Under the pieces are notes generated by a model, which saw only the letters and a program-made list of their open reading frames with translations, did not search any database and had not been told where the DNA came from. A DNA stretch of 61,174 nucleotides, filler included. It is 5 parts of 5 records of this genome, joined end to end, with 100 filler letters (N's around TTAATTAATTAA, not from the genome) between each part and the next. Parts side by side here need not be neighbours in the genome. Positions count along the whole stretch, not along the records: positions 1 to 18,163 come from SRR31156797_1216; 4 more parts are not named here. The stretch is one strand, 5' to 3'. The stretch's first letter is position 1; each line of letters begins with the position of its first letter. The translations under genes and the position numbers were made by a program. Positions 1-9,322 of the stretch are shown in pieces.

Positions 1-804
1 GATTATGAAGTAACAGAAAAAATGCTTAGAGAGTTCTATAAAGTTGTTCATAAAAGAAAGTTTTTAACTAATCCAAGAGTAGTTATCTGCGTACCTGCGG
101 GTGTAACTCAGGTAGAAAAAAGAGCTGTAATGGACGTAACAATAGAAGCCGGAGCAAGAGAAGCGTACCTTATAGAAGAACCTATGGCAGCTGCAATTGG
201 ATCAGGTCTTGAGATATTTGAGCCTGAAGGAAGCATGATTGTAGATATCGGAGGAGGTACTACGGAAATCGCAGTTATCTCACTGGGAGGAATCGTTAAA
301 ACATCCTCTATCAGAGTAGCCGGAGATAAATTTGATGAGGCTATAGTTCAGTATGTAAGACAAAAACACAACTTACTAATTGGTGAAAAAACAGCTGAAG
401 AGATAAAAGTTAATATTGCTACAGCAATAGATGAAACTGAAGAGTTGGAATTTGAAGTAAGAGGTAGAAATATACTAAATGGTCTGCCAAGAAATGTAAT
501 AATTAAATCTGGTGAAATCAAAGGTTCTATAGAAGAGTTAATTCTTCAAATTATTGAAGAGATAAAAGTTACTCTAGAGAAGACTCCACCGGAATTAGCA
601 GCGGATATTTATTATAAAGGAATTGTTCTAGCTGGTGGTGGGGCAATGATTAGAGATTTAGATAAGAAAATATCAGATAGTTTGAAAATCCCTGTAGTGC
701 TTGCAGAAAATCCTCTGCAATGTGTTGTAAATGGAATTGAAACTTTATTAAATGACTTTGATAAATATAAAGAAGTTATTATATCTCCGGAAACGGATTA
801 TTAG
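1..804 (+). CDS. mreB: Rod shape-determining protein MreB (5'-truncated at window edge)
   Basis: Frame open from base 1 (DYEVTEKMLR...). Motifs PRVVICVP, TQVEKRA, IEEPMAAAIG, VDIGGGTTEIAVISLGG, LEKTPPELAADI, LAGGGA. Confidence 0.95.
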   Translation, partial: DYEVTEKMLREFYKVVHKRKFLTNPRVVICVPAGVTQVEKRAVMDVTIEAGAREAYLIEEPMAAAIGSGLEIFEPEGSMIVDIGGGTTEIAVISLGGIVKTSSIRVAGDKFDEAIVQYVRQKHNLLIGEKTAEEIKVNIATAIDETEELEFEVRGRNILNGLPRNVIIKSGEIKGSIEELILQIIEEIKVTLEKTPPELAADIYYKGIVLAGGGAMIRDLDKKISDSLKIPVVLAENPLQCVVNGIETLLNDFDKYKEVIISPETDY

Positions 805-831
805 CATAAAATATTTTTTGAATTAATAAAA

Positions 832-864
832 GAAAAACCCTTGATTTTCAAGGGCTTTTCTTTT
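832..864 (+). terminator. Probable intrinsic terminator after mreB
   Basis: CCCTTGA-TTT-TCAAGGG hairpin (838-854) followed by a T-rich tract. Confidence 0.6.
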
Positions 865-911
865 GTGTGCTTTTTATTAATTATATATTCGTGTTTTAAG
901 GAGTGAACTAA

Positions 912-2558
912 ATGTATAAAATGCTTAGTTTATTTATATTTTTGAATATAGTTGTTTATTCGGAAAACTTATTTGTGTCAAACGGGACACTTAAATTGAA
1001 ATACTCAACTAAAAACAACAAGATTATTGATATCATGAATTTAACTAATGGAGAAAAATATATAGACCTGATTGAAGAAGCGATTTATTATAATGACAAA
1101 TTAACTTATCCGCTTAGCAGTGATGTATCGTATATTGAGAACACGGGAATTATTCGAGTCATAAATAATTATACTCATGAAATTAAAACTGAGAAGTATA
1201 TTTATATAACTGATAGAAGAAACCTAGTCTATATTGAAAATTCGATAGAAAATCCAAAATATGCGAGTTTTTATGTTTTATATAGAATAAAACCAACTGA
1301 AAAGATGGGGCAATTAAAATTTAAAGATCAAAATTATAGTTTTGAAAATTTTAAGTTTTCTTTATCTAATAAAAAGGAAATCTACTTTTCCAGCGAGAGT
1401 GGTATGAGGAGTTTGAGCTTTTTTCCTCTTGGAAAAAACCAGATTAAAGAAGCTGATAAAGATATAATTCTATTTTTGAACCCAAATCAAAGAGGAAAGA
1501 TAATAATATCTCCGCTTAAAATTGATGAGGACTATTTTGAACACTCTGTAACCGATGAAGTTAATTTCTGGAAAAAATGGTTGAAATTAACAGACAAAGA
1601 ACAGGTGAACAGATCACTGATAACACTTAAAATGCTTCAAAACCGTAATGGTTCAATATTTAGTTTTGATATAGAGATGCAGAAACTAAAAGCTGAAGAT
1701 ATGTTATATGTTGCAGAAGCCTTGATAGAATGGAAACATTATACTGATGCAAAAAGAATACTAACTTATTTATTAACAGCTAAAAAAGATAATCCAAATT
1801 ATGAATATTTGATATCTAACTATGAATATGACTCTGCTAAAAATGAAATAAGTAAAGAAGATAGATACGGTGAGATAAGGTCGCTATATAATACTGCACT
1901 GTTTTTATCCGTATTTTCTCAGTATGTAGATAAAAGTGCTGATTTGGATTTTTTTAGAGTAAATAAACAGGAAGTAGATAAAAGTGTTTATTACTTTTTA
2001 TTGTCTAAACTAAAAAATGGAAGTATTGAGGAAGAGAGTGGGAAAAGAGAGAGCGGGAGATATATTTCTGCAATTGAAACGTATTCTTTAGTATATAAAA
2101 GTCTTAGTAGATATTTAGAGATATTAGAAAGAAAAGAAAAAAATGTTGATTATGAAAATGATAGAAAAAAACTATTTGATTTAAAATCAGAATTCGAAAA
2201 GAAATTTGTTATAACTGAAGAGTTAATTTCTTCAATAGAGATACCTGAAACACCAAAACTAAATGAGACATATTATTTGGAAAAGAGCATAATAACAGAT
2301 GAAGAAAAATTTAAAATATATATACAAAACTTAATTCGAAAATACTGGAATGATGAAAATTTGGATTTGAAAGATGAAATCGAGTTCAGTAGAAAATTAA
2401 TTGACATAGATTATAAAAATACTTTAAGAAGAACATTATCTCAACTTGAAGAGAAAATAAAAGAGATGAATGATTTACTTTTAAATAAATATAATGAAAT
2501 TGATGTAGAGGCAACATCGAGATATTTAATTTTAAAAGCAAATTTGGAGGAACAATGA
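912..2558 (+). CDS. Secreted hypothetical protein with degenerate GH15/glucoamylase-like (alpha/alpha)6 C-terminal region
   Basis: N-terminal signal-like hydrophobic stretch. FWKKWL...RSLITLKMLQNRNGSIF resembles the start of GH15 barrels, but the canonical YxWxRD motif is absent. Stop overlaps the scpB start. Confidence 0.45.
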   Translation: MYKMLSLFIFLNIVVYSENLFVSNGTLKLKYSTKNNKIIDIMNLTNGEKYIDLIEEAIYYNDKLTYPLSSDVSYIENTGIIRVINNYTHEIKTEKYIYITDRRNLVYIENSIENPKYASFYVLYRIKPTEKMGQLKFKDQNYSFENFKFSLSNKKEIYFSSESGMRSLSFFPLGKNQIKEADKDIILFLNPNQRGKIIISPLKIDEDYFEHSVTDEVNFWKKWLKLTDKEQVNRSLITLKMLQNRNGSIFSFDIEMQKLKAEDMLYVAEALIEWKHYTDAKRILTYLLTAKKDNPNYEYLISNYEYDSAKNEISKEDRYGEIRSLYNTALFLSVFSQYVDKSADLDFFRVNKQEVDKSVYYFLLSKLKNGSIEEESGKRESGRYISAIETYSLVYKSLSRYLEILERKEKNVDYENDRKKLFDLKSEFEKKFVITEELISSIEIPETPKLNETYYLEKSIITDEEKFKIYIQNLIRKYWNDENLDLKDEIEFSRKLIDIDYKNTLRRTLSQLEEKIKEMNDLLLNKYNEIDVEATSRYLILKANLEEQ

Positions 2559-3082
2559 AGATACTAAATGAAATTGAAGCGATACTCTTTTTAAAAGGAA
2601 AAGAACTTGAATTAAAGGAGTTACAAAATTTCTTCAAATTATCTAGGCAGGAATTAATTGACTATTTAAAAACACTGAAAGATTTAAGAAATGATAGCGG
2701 ATTAAATATTCGAATTGAAGATGAAAAAGTGAGTATGATAACAAATCCGGTTTATGGAGAAACAGTCTATAGCTATTTTAATCCAAAGTCAAAACCTAAA
2801 AAACTAAGTAAAGCTGCTTTGGAGACTTTAACTATAATTGCATATAATGAATCAATGACTAAGTCAGACATAGAAAAAATAAGAGGAGTAAGTGTTGATG
2901 GGGTAGTTCATACACTTGCTGAAAAAAATCTGGTTAAAGTAGTTGGTGTAAGAAAAACAATAGGAAATCCTAAATTATATGCTGTAACAGATGAATTTCT
3001 GAAATATTTAAACATTAATTCAATAGAAGATTTACCAAATTATGAAGAGGTGGCAAATGCAGGAAAAGATGAGGATAAATAA
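2555..3082 (+). CDS. scpB: SMC-Scp complex subunit ScpB
   Basis: IEAILF, LSKAALETLTIIAY, IEKIRGV, GNPKLYAVTDEFL, SIEDLP. Confidence 0.93.
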   Translation: MKILNEIEAILFLKGKELELKELQNFFKLSRQELIDYLKTLKDLRNDSGLNIRIEDEKVSMITNPVYGETVYSYFNPKSKPKKLSKAALETLTIIAYNESMTKSDIEKIRGVSVDGVVHTLAEKNLVKVVGVRKTIGNPKLYAVTDEFLKYLNINSIEDLPNYEEVANAGKDEDK

Positions 3083-3764
3083 ATATCTATCTCAAGTTGG
3101 AATTGCATCCAGAAGAGAAGTAGATAGATTGATTGAGCAGGGAGAAATAATTGTTAATGGTAAAAATGCTGAGTCAGGAATGAAGGTTTCATCAGATGAT
3201 GAAATATTAGTAAAAGGAAAAAAAGTAGGAGATATTGAAAAAAAAGTATATTTTCTACTTAATAAACCAAAAGGTGTTGTTAGTGCAGTGAAGGATTCAA
3301 GAGAAAAAACAGTTGTTGATCTGATAAAATGTAAAGAGAGAATATATCCGGTTGGAAGACTTGACCTTGATACAGAGGGTTTATTGATTCTAACAAATGA
3401 CGGAGATTTATTTAATAGAATAATTCATCCGCGATCAAAGGTTTATAAAAAATATTTAGCTGAATTAAAAGGAATGATAAATGACTCCGCGCTTAAAAAA
3501 CTAGAAAAAGGTGTTAAGCTGGAGGATGGTTTAACTCTTCCGGCAAAAGTTAAACTAATAAGAAGATCAAATAATAGATCAACAGTTGAAATAAGCATAA
3601 GAGAGGGCAAAAATCGACAAATAAGACGAATGTGTGATTCTGTAGATTTTCCGGTTATTGATTTAAAAAGATTGGAACTTGATAAACTAGGCTTAGGGAA
3701 CCTAAAAGCAGGAGAATATAGAGATTTAACCGTTGATGAAATTAAATACTTAAAAACGCTATAG
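3057..3764 (+). CDS. rluB: 23S rRNA pseudouridine synthase (RluB/RsuA family)
   Basis: S4 domain RINKYLSQVGIASRREVD, NKPKG, catalytic GRLDLDTEGLLILTNDG, EGKNRQIRRM. Start placed at ATG 3057 after GAGG. Confidence 0.88.
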   Translation: MQEKMRINKYLSQVGIASRREVDRLIEQGEIIVNGKNAESGMKVSSDDEILVKGKKVGDIEKKVYFLLNKPKGVVSAVKDSREKTVVDLIKCKERIYPVGRLDLDTEGLLILTNDGDLFNRIIHPRSKVYKKYLAELKGMINDSALKKLEKGVKLEDGLTLPAKVKLIRRSNNRSTVEISIREGKNRQIRRMCDSVDFPVIDLKRLELDKLGLGNLKAGEYRDLTVDEIKYLKTL

Positions 3765-3828
3765 ACGTTATAATGTTTATATAGTAAAATTAATTGGGTG
3801 AAATTTTAACTATTTGGGAGGGGATATC

Positions 3829-5073
3829 TTGGAAAGAATAGAAGCAATTTTTAGAAAAATGGTTGATATGAAGGCATCGGATCTTCATTTAACAAGTGGA
3901 AGAAAACCCTTAATTCGGCAGTATGGAGATATCATTGAACTTGAAGAGATGAAAGTTCTTGATAACGCTGAACTGGTAGATATGCTGATGACAATAATAC
4001 CTGATGATGCAAAGGAACAGTTTCTATCAACAGGAGATGCTGATTTTGCATATGAAATGCCTGAATATGGGAGATTTAGAGGAAATTACTTTAGAGACAG
4101 AAATGGAGTTGGAGCAGTATTTAGATTAATTCCAACAAAAATTTTAACTTCTGAAGAGTTAGGCTTTGGTGACGCTATTCTTGATATGTGCAATCTTGAT
4201 AAGGGCCTAGTTGTAGTAACAGGACCTACAGGTAGTGGTAAATCAACTACTCTTGCAGCAATGGTAGATTATATTAATTCAACTAGAAGTGATCACATCA
4301 TTACAGTTGAAGATCCTATTGAATTTGTACATGGAAGTAAAAAATGTCTGATTAATCAAAGAGAAGTTGGAATTCATACCAAATCATTTAAAACAGCTCT
4401 AAAAGCAGCACTAAGAGAGGATCCGGATATTATTTTAATTGGTGAGATGAGAGATCTTGAAACAATTGAGATAGCTTTGGAAACTGCTGAAACGGGGCAT
4501 TTGGTATTTGGAACACTTCATACAAGTACTGCAGCCTCAACAGTCGAGAGAATTATACAGCAATTCCCTGAAGGTAAACAAAATCAAGTTAGGCAGATGT
4601 TATCGAACTCCTTAAAAGGTGTAATAGCTCAAAATCTTCTTAAGAAAAAAGATGGAGACGGAAGGGTTGCAGCAATGGAAGTTTTAGTTGTTAATTCAGC
4701 TATTGCAAGTCAAATTAGAGAAGGTAAAACGCATCAAATTACTTCAAGTATGCAGATGGGAAAAAAAGAGGGAATGACTCTTTTGAACGATTCTTTAGTG
4801 AAGCTAGTATCAGAAGAATTAGTATCAGAAGAAGAAGCGTTAAAGAAAGCTGTTGATAAAGAAAGTTTAAAAGAAAAATTAGCATATAAAACAAAACAAC
4901 AAGATGAAGATTTTGATATGAATGAGGAGTTTGCAGGTAGTTTTGCTAAAAATGATAAACTCTCAAATATGAATGATTTAGCCTCATCAAGTTCGTATGC
5001 TAAAAAATTCGGTAATGGTTCTACAGAGAAACCCAAAGAGGAGAAAAAAAGAAGATTTCCTTTTGGAAAGTAA
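3829..5073 (+). CDS. pilT: Type IV pilus retraction ATPase PilT with C-terminal extension
   Basis: ASDLHL, Walker A GPTGSGKSTT, ITVEDPIEF, ALREDPD, GEMRDLETI, ETGHLVFGTLHT, AIASQIREGK. TTG start after GGAGG. Confidence 0.9.
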   Translation: MERIEAIFRKMVDMKASDLHLTSGRKPLIRQYGDIIELEEMKVLDNAELVDMLMTIIPDDAKEQFLSTGDADFAYEMPEYGRFRGNYFRDRNGVGAVFRLIPTKILTSEELGFGDAILDMCNLDKGLVVVTGPTGSGKSTTLAAMVDYINSTRSDHIITVEDPIEFVHGSKKCLINQREVGIHTKSFKTALKAALREDPDIILIGEMRDLETIEIALETAETGHLVFGTLHTSTAASTVERIIQQFPEGKQNQVRQMLSNSLKGVIAQNLLKKKDGDGRVAAMEVLVVNSAIASQIREGKTHQITSSMQMGKKEGMTLLNDSLVKLVSEELVSEEEALKKAVDKESLKEKLAYKTKQQDEDFDMNEEFAGSFAKNDKLSNMNDLASSSSYAKKFGNGSTEKPKEEKKRRFPFGK

Positions 5074-5104
5074 AAATAGAGAATTAAAAAAATATATTTT
5101 AGTG

Positions 5105-5134
5105 ACGGGTTCTTGAATTTTAAGAACTCGTTTT
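5105..5134 (+). terminator. Hairpin, probable terminator after pilT
   Basis: ACGGGTTCTT...AAGAACTCGT inverted repeat followed by TTT. Confidence 0.5.
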
Positions 5135-5159
5135 AATTTGATTATAAAGAGGTGAAAAG

Positions 5160-5933
5160 ATGTATTACTTAAATGGAAATTATTATGAAAGTGATCCAAT
5201 GGGAAGTGATTTTTTTTACGGTTTATCCTTATTTGAAACAATTATGGGTAAAAAAAACAATGCTGTTTTTCTTGATGAGCATCTTAAGCGACTTAATAAA
5301 TCATCGGAATTATTAGGGATAAAGAACTCACTTAAAAAGGAAACAATTTTGGAAATAATAAAAAAAGAAAAATTAGAGGAAAATGATGAATTTTTAGTAA
5401 AAGTTCAAGTAAGTGATAAAAATAATTATATAAAGATTGATAGAATTAATCTTAGAGAAGCTGAAGAAGGAATAAAAGTTAAAATTATAGATAATTACTA
5501 CCAAAATGAAATAGGATTCGTTAAGAGTGGAAATTACTTATTGAATATTTTAGCCAGAAAAGAGCTGATTAGCGAGAATTATTTTGAAGGTGTATTTTGT
5601 AATAGAAATGGTGTAATAACCGAGGGTACAATTTCTAATCTCTTTTTTGTGAAAAATAATATTTTGAAGACTCCGAGTCTTGATCTGAATATTTTACCCG
5701 GAATAACAAGAAAAAAGATAATGGAAATAGCTCTCCAAATGGAACTTGAGGTACAAGAGGGGCATTTTAGCCGAAATGATCTATTGGAATCTGATGGAAT
5801 CTTTTTTACAAATTCCCTAATGAAAAAGGGGCTTCTGTGGGTAAATGAAATAAACGGAATCGCAAAAAATAAAAATTCACTTTTTCACAATCTGGAAAAA
5901 GAATATTTGAAATTAACTAATAATATGTTATAA
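5160..5933 (+). CDS. pabC: Class IV PLP aminotransferase, probably 4-amino-4-deoxychorismate lyase
   Basis: YGLSLFETI, LDEHLKRL, PLP lysine KSGNYL, EGTISNLFF, ILPGITR. Lies near a chorismate-binding enzyme. Confidence 0.7.
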   Translation: MYYLNGNYYESDPMGSDFFYGLSLFETIMGKKNNAVFLDEHLKRLNKSSELLGIKNSLKKETILEIIKKEKLEENDEFLVKVQVSDKNNYIKIDRINLREAEEGIKVKIIDNYYQNEIGFVKSGNYLLNILARKELISENYFEGVFCNRNGVITEGTISNLFFVKNNILKTPSLDLNILPGITRKKIMEIALQMELEVQEGHFSRNDLLESDGIFFTNSLMKKGLLWVNEINGIAKNKNSLFHNLEKEYLKLTNNML

Positions 5934-5941
5934 TTATTTGG

Positions 5942-7924
5942 GTGATCAATTTGACGTTTGATAAGAAAATAAAGACTTTATTTATAATAACACTACTGTT
6001 TTTTATGTATGCACTTTATCATATATTTGTACTACAAGTAGTCAAACATAAAGAGTTTGAAGAACAAGCAAAAAAACAGATACTGAAGCAATATAGTATC
6101 AAAGGGAAAAGAGGAAAAATACTTACAGCAACCGGTGAAGAGATAGCGTACGACGTTGTAAAATATAATGTAATATTAGATCCGAAAAATCTTTCACAAA
6201 GAGAGGACTTGGATGAAATTTTAGAACTAGCCTCAAGGTATAGTTCTTTATCTGCTTCAAAACTAAAAGAGGAGATACTTAAAAGAAGTAAAAGTGGTAG
6301 TAAGTATTATAATCTTAAAAAATTCATAAATGAAAATCAAAAAGATGAATTGAAACGTAATTTAATAAAATTAGGTGCTTATACTATGGAGCTGATCTAC
6401 TTTGAAGGTCATAATAAACGAGTTTATGCACATGAAAAAGGTTTTAGACATATTGTAGGTTACTTAGGTTATTCTAAAACAGAGGAAAGTAAATTAGTAG
6501 GGAAATACGGAGTTGAAAGAGTATTTGAAGATCAATTAATAGGAAAAACACAAAAAGTTGTAAAATATGTTTCTGCAAATAGAAAAAAGGAACTTCCTAT
6601 TGTTGAAAAAACAGAAAAAGAAGAGAAAGAAGAAAAGCCTGAAATAGATCCGGATGGAAACAACGTGGTTTTAACTATAGATTATATGATGCAGTATATC
6701 TTAAATGATGAAATGGGAGAATTTGTAAAAGAATTAAAACCTGAATGGACTGCAGGAGTTATTATTAATCCGCAAACAGGAGAGATTTTAGCACTTTCAT
6801 CATTTCCATTTACTGAAAAAGCATACACAAGAAATGCTATTATTCAGAATCAGTATGAACCGGGTTCTGTAATGAAACCATTAGTTGTAGCAGCTGCATT
6901 TGAAGAAGAATTAGTAGCCGAAAATGATATTTTTAAAAATCCTACAGGAAAAATTGAAAAATTTAATGTAACGATAACTGATAGTAGTAAAAAAACACGT
7001 GGTGATTTAAAACCAGAAGATATTTTAATTAGATCAAGTAACGTTGGAATGGTTAAAATAGCCGAAAATATTCCAGACGATGTATTTGAAGATTACTTAA
7101 AGAAATATGGTTTTTATGACAAAACCGGAGTTAAACTCTTCGGTGAGCTTAATATAAAACAAACACCAAGAGAGAAATGGGATGGTCTGAAGAAATATTC
7201 AATGTCATTTGGACAAGCAATAGCTATTACGCCACTTCAAATGGCTATGGGATTTGCTTCTGTTATAAACGGAGGAAATCTGTACTATCCAATGATATTT
7301 AAACAGCTTGAGTCTGCAAGTGGTGAAGTACTGGTTAGAAATGAACCTGAAGTGTTACGAAGAGTAATATCAGAGGATACTTCTGAAAAAATTAGAGACA
7401 TTTTGGAAAGAGTTGTTAGTGAAGGTTCTGGAGCAAATGCTAACATAAAGGATTATTCACTTGGAGGAAAAACGGGAACTTCACAAAAAAGTGAGGCAGG
7501 GAAATATTCGGATGATAAATCAATACTGTCATTTGCAGGTTTTTATCCAAAAGACAATCCTACATATTTATGCTTGATTGTTTGTGATGAGCCGAAAACA
7601 GATCTGAAATTTTCCGGTCAGATTATTGCACCCTTATTTAAGAAAATCACAAAAAGAATATTTAGATATAAAAATATACCGCCTGATAAGGGAGAATTAA
7701 TAGTTCTACCATCAGACGATGAAACAATTAACGCTGATATTAGTTTTGATTTATCAATAATGCCTGAATTAAAAGACCTAAGTGCAAGGGAAGTACTTAA
7801 AATATTTAGCGAAACTGATATTAAAATTGAAATTAAAGGAAAAGGAAATGTGGTAGAACAATATCCGGCTTATGGTGTGGATATGAAAAAAGTTAAAGAG
7901 ATAAGAGTTCGGTTAAAGGAGTAA
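5942..7924 (+). CDS. ftsI: Class B penicillin-binding protein (FtsI/PBP3-like) with C-terminal PASTA-like domain
   Basis: N-terminal TM helix, KRGKI, YEPGSVMK (SxxK), SSNVG (SxN), GKTGTSQK (KTG), PASTA-like tail. Confidence 0.8.
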   Translation: MINLTFDKKIKTLFIITLLFFMYALYHIFVLQVVKHKEFEEQAKKQILKQYSIKGKRGKILTATGEEIAYDVVKYNVILDPKNLSQREDLDEILELASRYSSLSASKLKEEILKRSKSGSKYYNLKKFINENQKDELKRNLIKLGAYTMELIYFEGHNKRVYAHEKGFRHIVGYLGYSKTEESKLVGKYGVERVFEDQLIGKTQKVVKYVSANRKKELPIVEKTEKEEKEEKPEIDPDGNNVVLTIDYMMQYILNDEMGEFVKELKPEWTAGVIINPQTGEILALSSFPFTEKAYTRNAIIQNQYEPGSVMKPLVVAAAFEEELVAENDIFKNPTGKIEKFNVTITDSSKKTRGDLKPEDILIRSSNVGMVKIAENIPDDVFEDYLKKYGFYDKTGVKLFGELNIKQTPREKWDGLKKYSMSFGQAIAITPLQMAMGFASVINGGNLYYPMIFKQLESASGEVLVRNEPEVLRRVISEDTSEKIRDILERVVSEGSGANANIKDYSLGGKTGTSQKSEAGKYSDDKSILSFAGFYPKDNPTYLCLIVCDEPKTDLKFSGQIIAPLFKKITKRIFRYKNIPPDKGELIVLPSDDETINADISFDLSIMPELKDLSAREVLKIFSETDIKIEIKGKGNVVEQYPAYGVDMKKVKEIRVRLKE

Positions 7925-7925
7925 A

Positions 7926-9311
7926 TTGTTGAGGAAAATATATACTGGAAATACTACTTTGGTAGATTTTTATGAGGCAAATAAAGAAATGTTTGGAGAT
8001 GAGTTTATTATACTTGATTCTCCTGATAGTTCGAAGTTATCAAATTATTCTTATTTATTAGGAAAATTTAAGTATAAAATAAAGTTAAAAGATGGATTGA
8101 TTCATTGTAATGGAGAAGTAATAGAAGGTGAGATATTTAATTTTCTTAGAAAATTAAAAAAAGAGAATACGCCTGAAACTTACAAAAGTTATGAGTTTTA
8201 TAGTGGCGGTTTTGCCGGAACTATAGCTTATGATTATAATAGGTATATTGAGAGACTTCCTGAAATGTCAGAGGATGACCTGGGAATAGAAGATATATGT
8301 TTCGTTATGCCTGAAATAGTTATTGTGAAAAATGAAGCTACAAATGAACTTTTAGAGTTTAATTATAGTGATTTAGGTGAAATAAACTGGAATTTAAAGC
8401 TTGAAGATTATAGAGAAAAATTAAATATAGAAAATAAAGATATTGTATGGGAAGATTTATCAGAATTTAAATCAAATTTTGAGAGAAAAAGATTTGAGCA
8501 AGCTGTAGAAAAAGCAAAACATTATGTAAAAGAGGGCGACATATTTCAAGTTAATATAGCTCAAAGATTTGAAGGAGATATAGAAGAGGGAGAGAGTTTT
8601 TTATTATATAAACTTCTGAGAGAAATTAATCCTTCGCCTTTTGCATCATATATTAAATTTGACGAGTTTACACTTATAAGTCAATCGCCTGAAAGGCTTA
8701 TAAAACTAAATGGTTCAATAGCTGAGACAAGACCAATTGCCGGAACAAGAAGAATTAAAAAAGACAGTGAAGGTCAAATGGAAAATGCTTCTTTTGAAGA
8801 AGAGCTAAAAGTAGATGAAAAAGAACTGGCTGAACATGTAATGTTAGTTGACTTAGAGAGAAATGATCTGGGTAAAGTAGCAAAGTTCGGCACTGTAAAT
8901 GTAGATGAATTTATGGTGATAGAAAAATATTCGCATGTAATGCATATTGTATCAAATGTAATATCAGAATTGCGAGATGAATATGATGAATTTGACCTAA
9001 TAAATGCAATGTTCCCGGGTGGGACAATTACCGGAGCACCGAAAATCAGATCAATGGAAATAATAGAGGAGTTAGAGCCGAGCAGAAGGGGTTTATATAC
9101 CGGAAGTGTAGGTTTTATAGGTTTTGATGGTAATATGGATTTTAATATTATTATACGTTCATTTGTAGAGAAATTAGGAAAAGCCTATTTCCAAGCTGGA
9201 GCTGGAATAGTGTATGATTCAATTCCTGAAAGAGAGTATAAAGAGACAGTAAATAAAGCAAGAGCAATGGTGCTAGCTTACCAAAATCTAGTTAAATCAA
9301 GAGATAATTAA
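7926..9311 (+). CDS. pabB: Chorismate-utilising enzyme, aminodeoxychorismate synthase component I (PabB/TrpE family)
   Basis: GDIFQVN, NPSPF, SPERL, RPIAGT, AEHVMLVDLERNDLG, FPGGTITGAPKIRSM, QAGAGIV. PabB is preferred over TrpE because of the pabC-like neighbour and the absence of trp genes. Confidence 0.7.
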   Translation: MLRKIYTGNTTLVDFYEANKEMFGDEFIILDSPDSSKLSNYSYLLGKFKYKIKLKDGLIHCNGEVIEGEIFNFLRKLKKENTPETYKSYEFYSGGFAGTIAYDYNRYIERLPEMSEDDLGIEDICFVMPEIVIVKNEATNELLEFNYSDLGEINWNLKLEDYREKLNIENKDIVWEDLSEFKSNFERKRFEQAVEKAKHYVKEGDIFQVNIAQRFEGDIEEGESFLLYKLLREINPSPFASYIKFDEFTLISQSPERLIKLNGSIAETRPIAGTRRIKKDSEGQMENASFEEELKVDEKELAEHVMLVDLERNDLGKVAKFGTVNVDEFMVIEKYSHVMHIVSNVISELRDEYDEFDLINAMFPGGTITGAPKIRSMEIIEELEPSRRGLYTGSVGFIGFDGNMDFNIIIRSFVEKLGKAYFQAGAGIVYDSIPEREYKETVNKARAMVLAYQNLVKSRDN

Positions 9312-9322
9312 AGAGGAGCAAA

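Noticed and set aside
3795-3813. Possible Rex operator upstream of pilT (GTGAAATTTTAAC), and a similar GTGATAGTTTCAC at ~24887-24899
   Set aside because: Half-site spacing is one base short of the TTGTGAA-N4-TTCACAA consensus and the flanks do not match. The second site is also on a different contig from rex.
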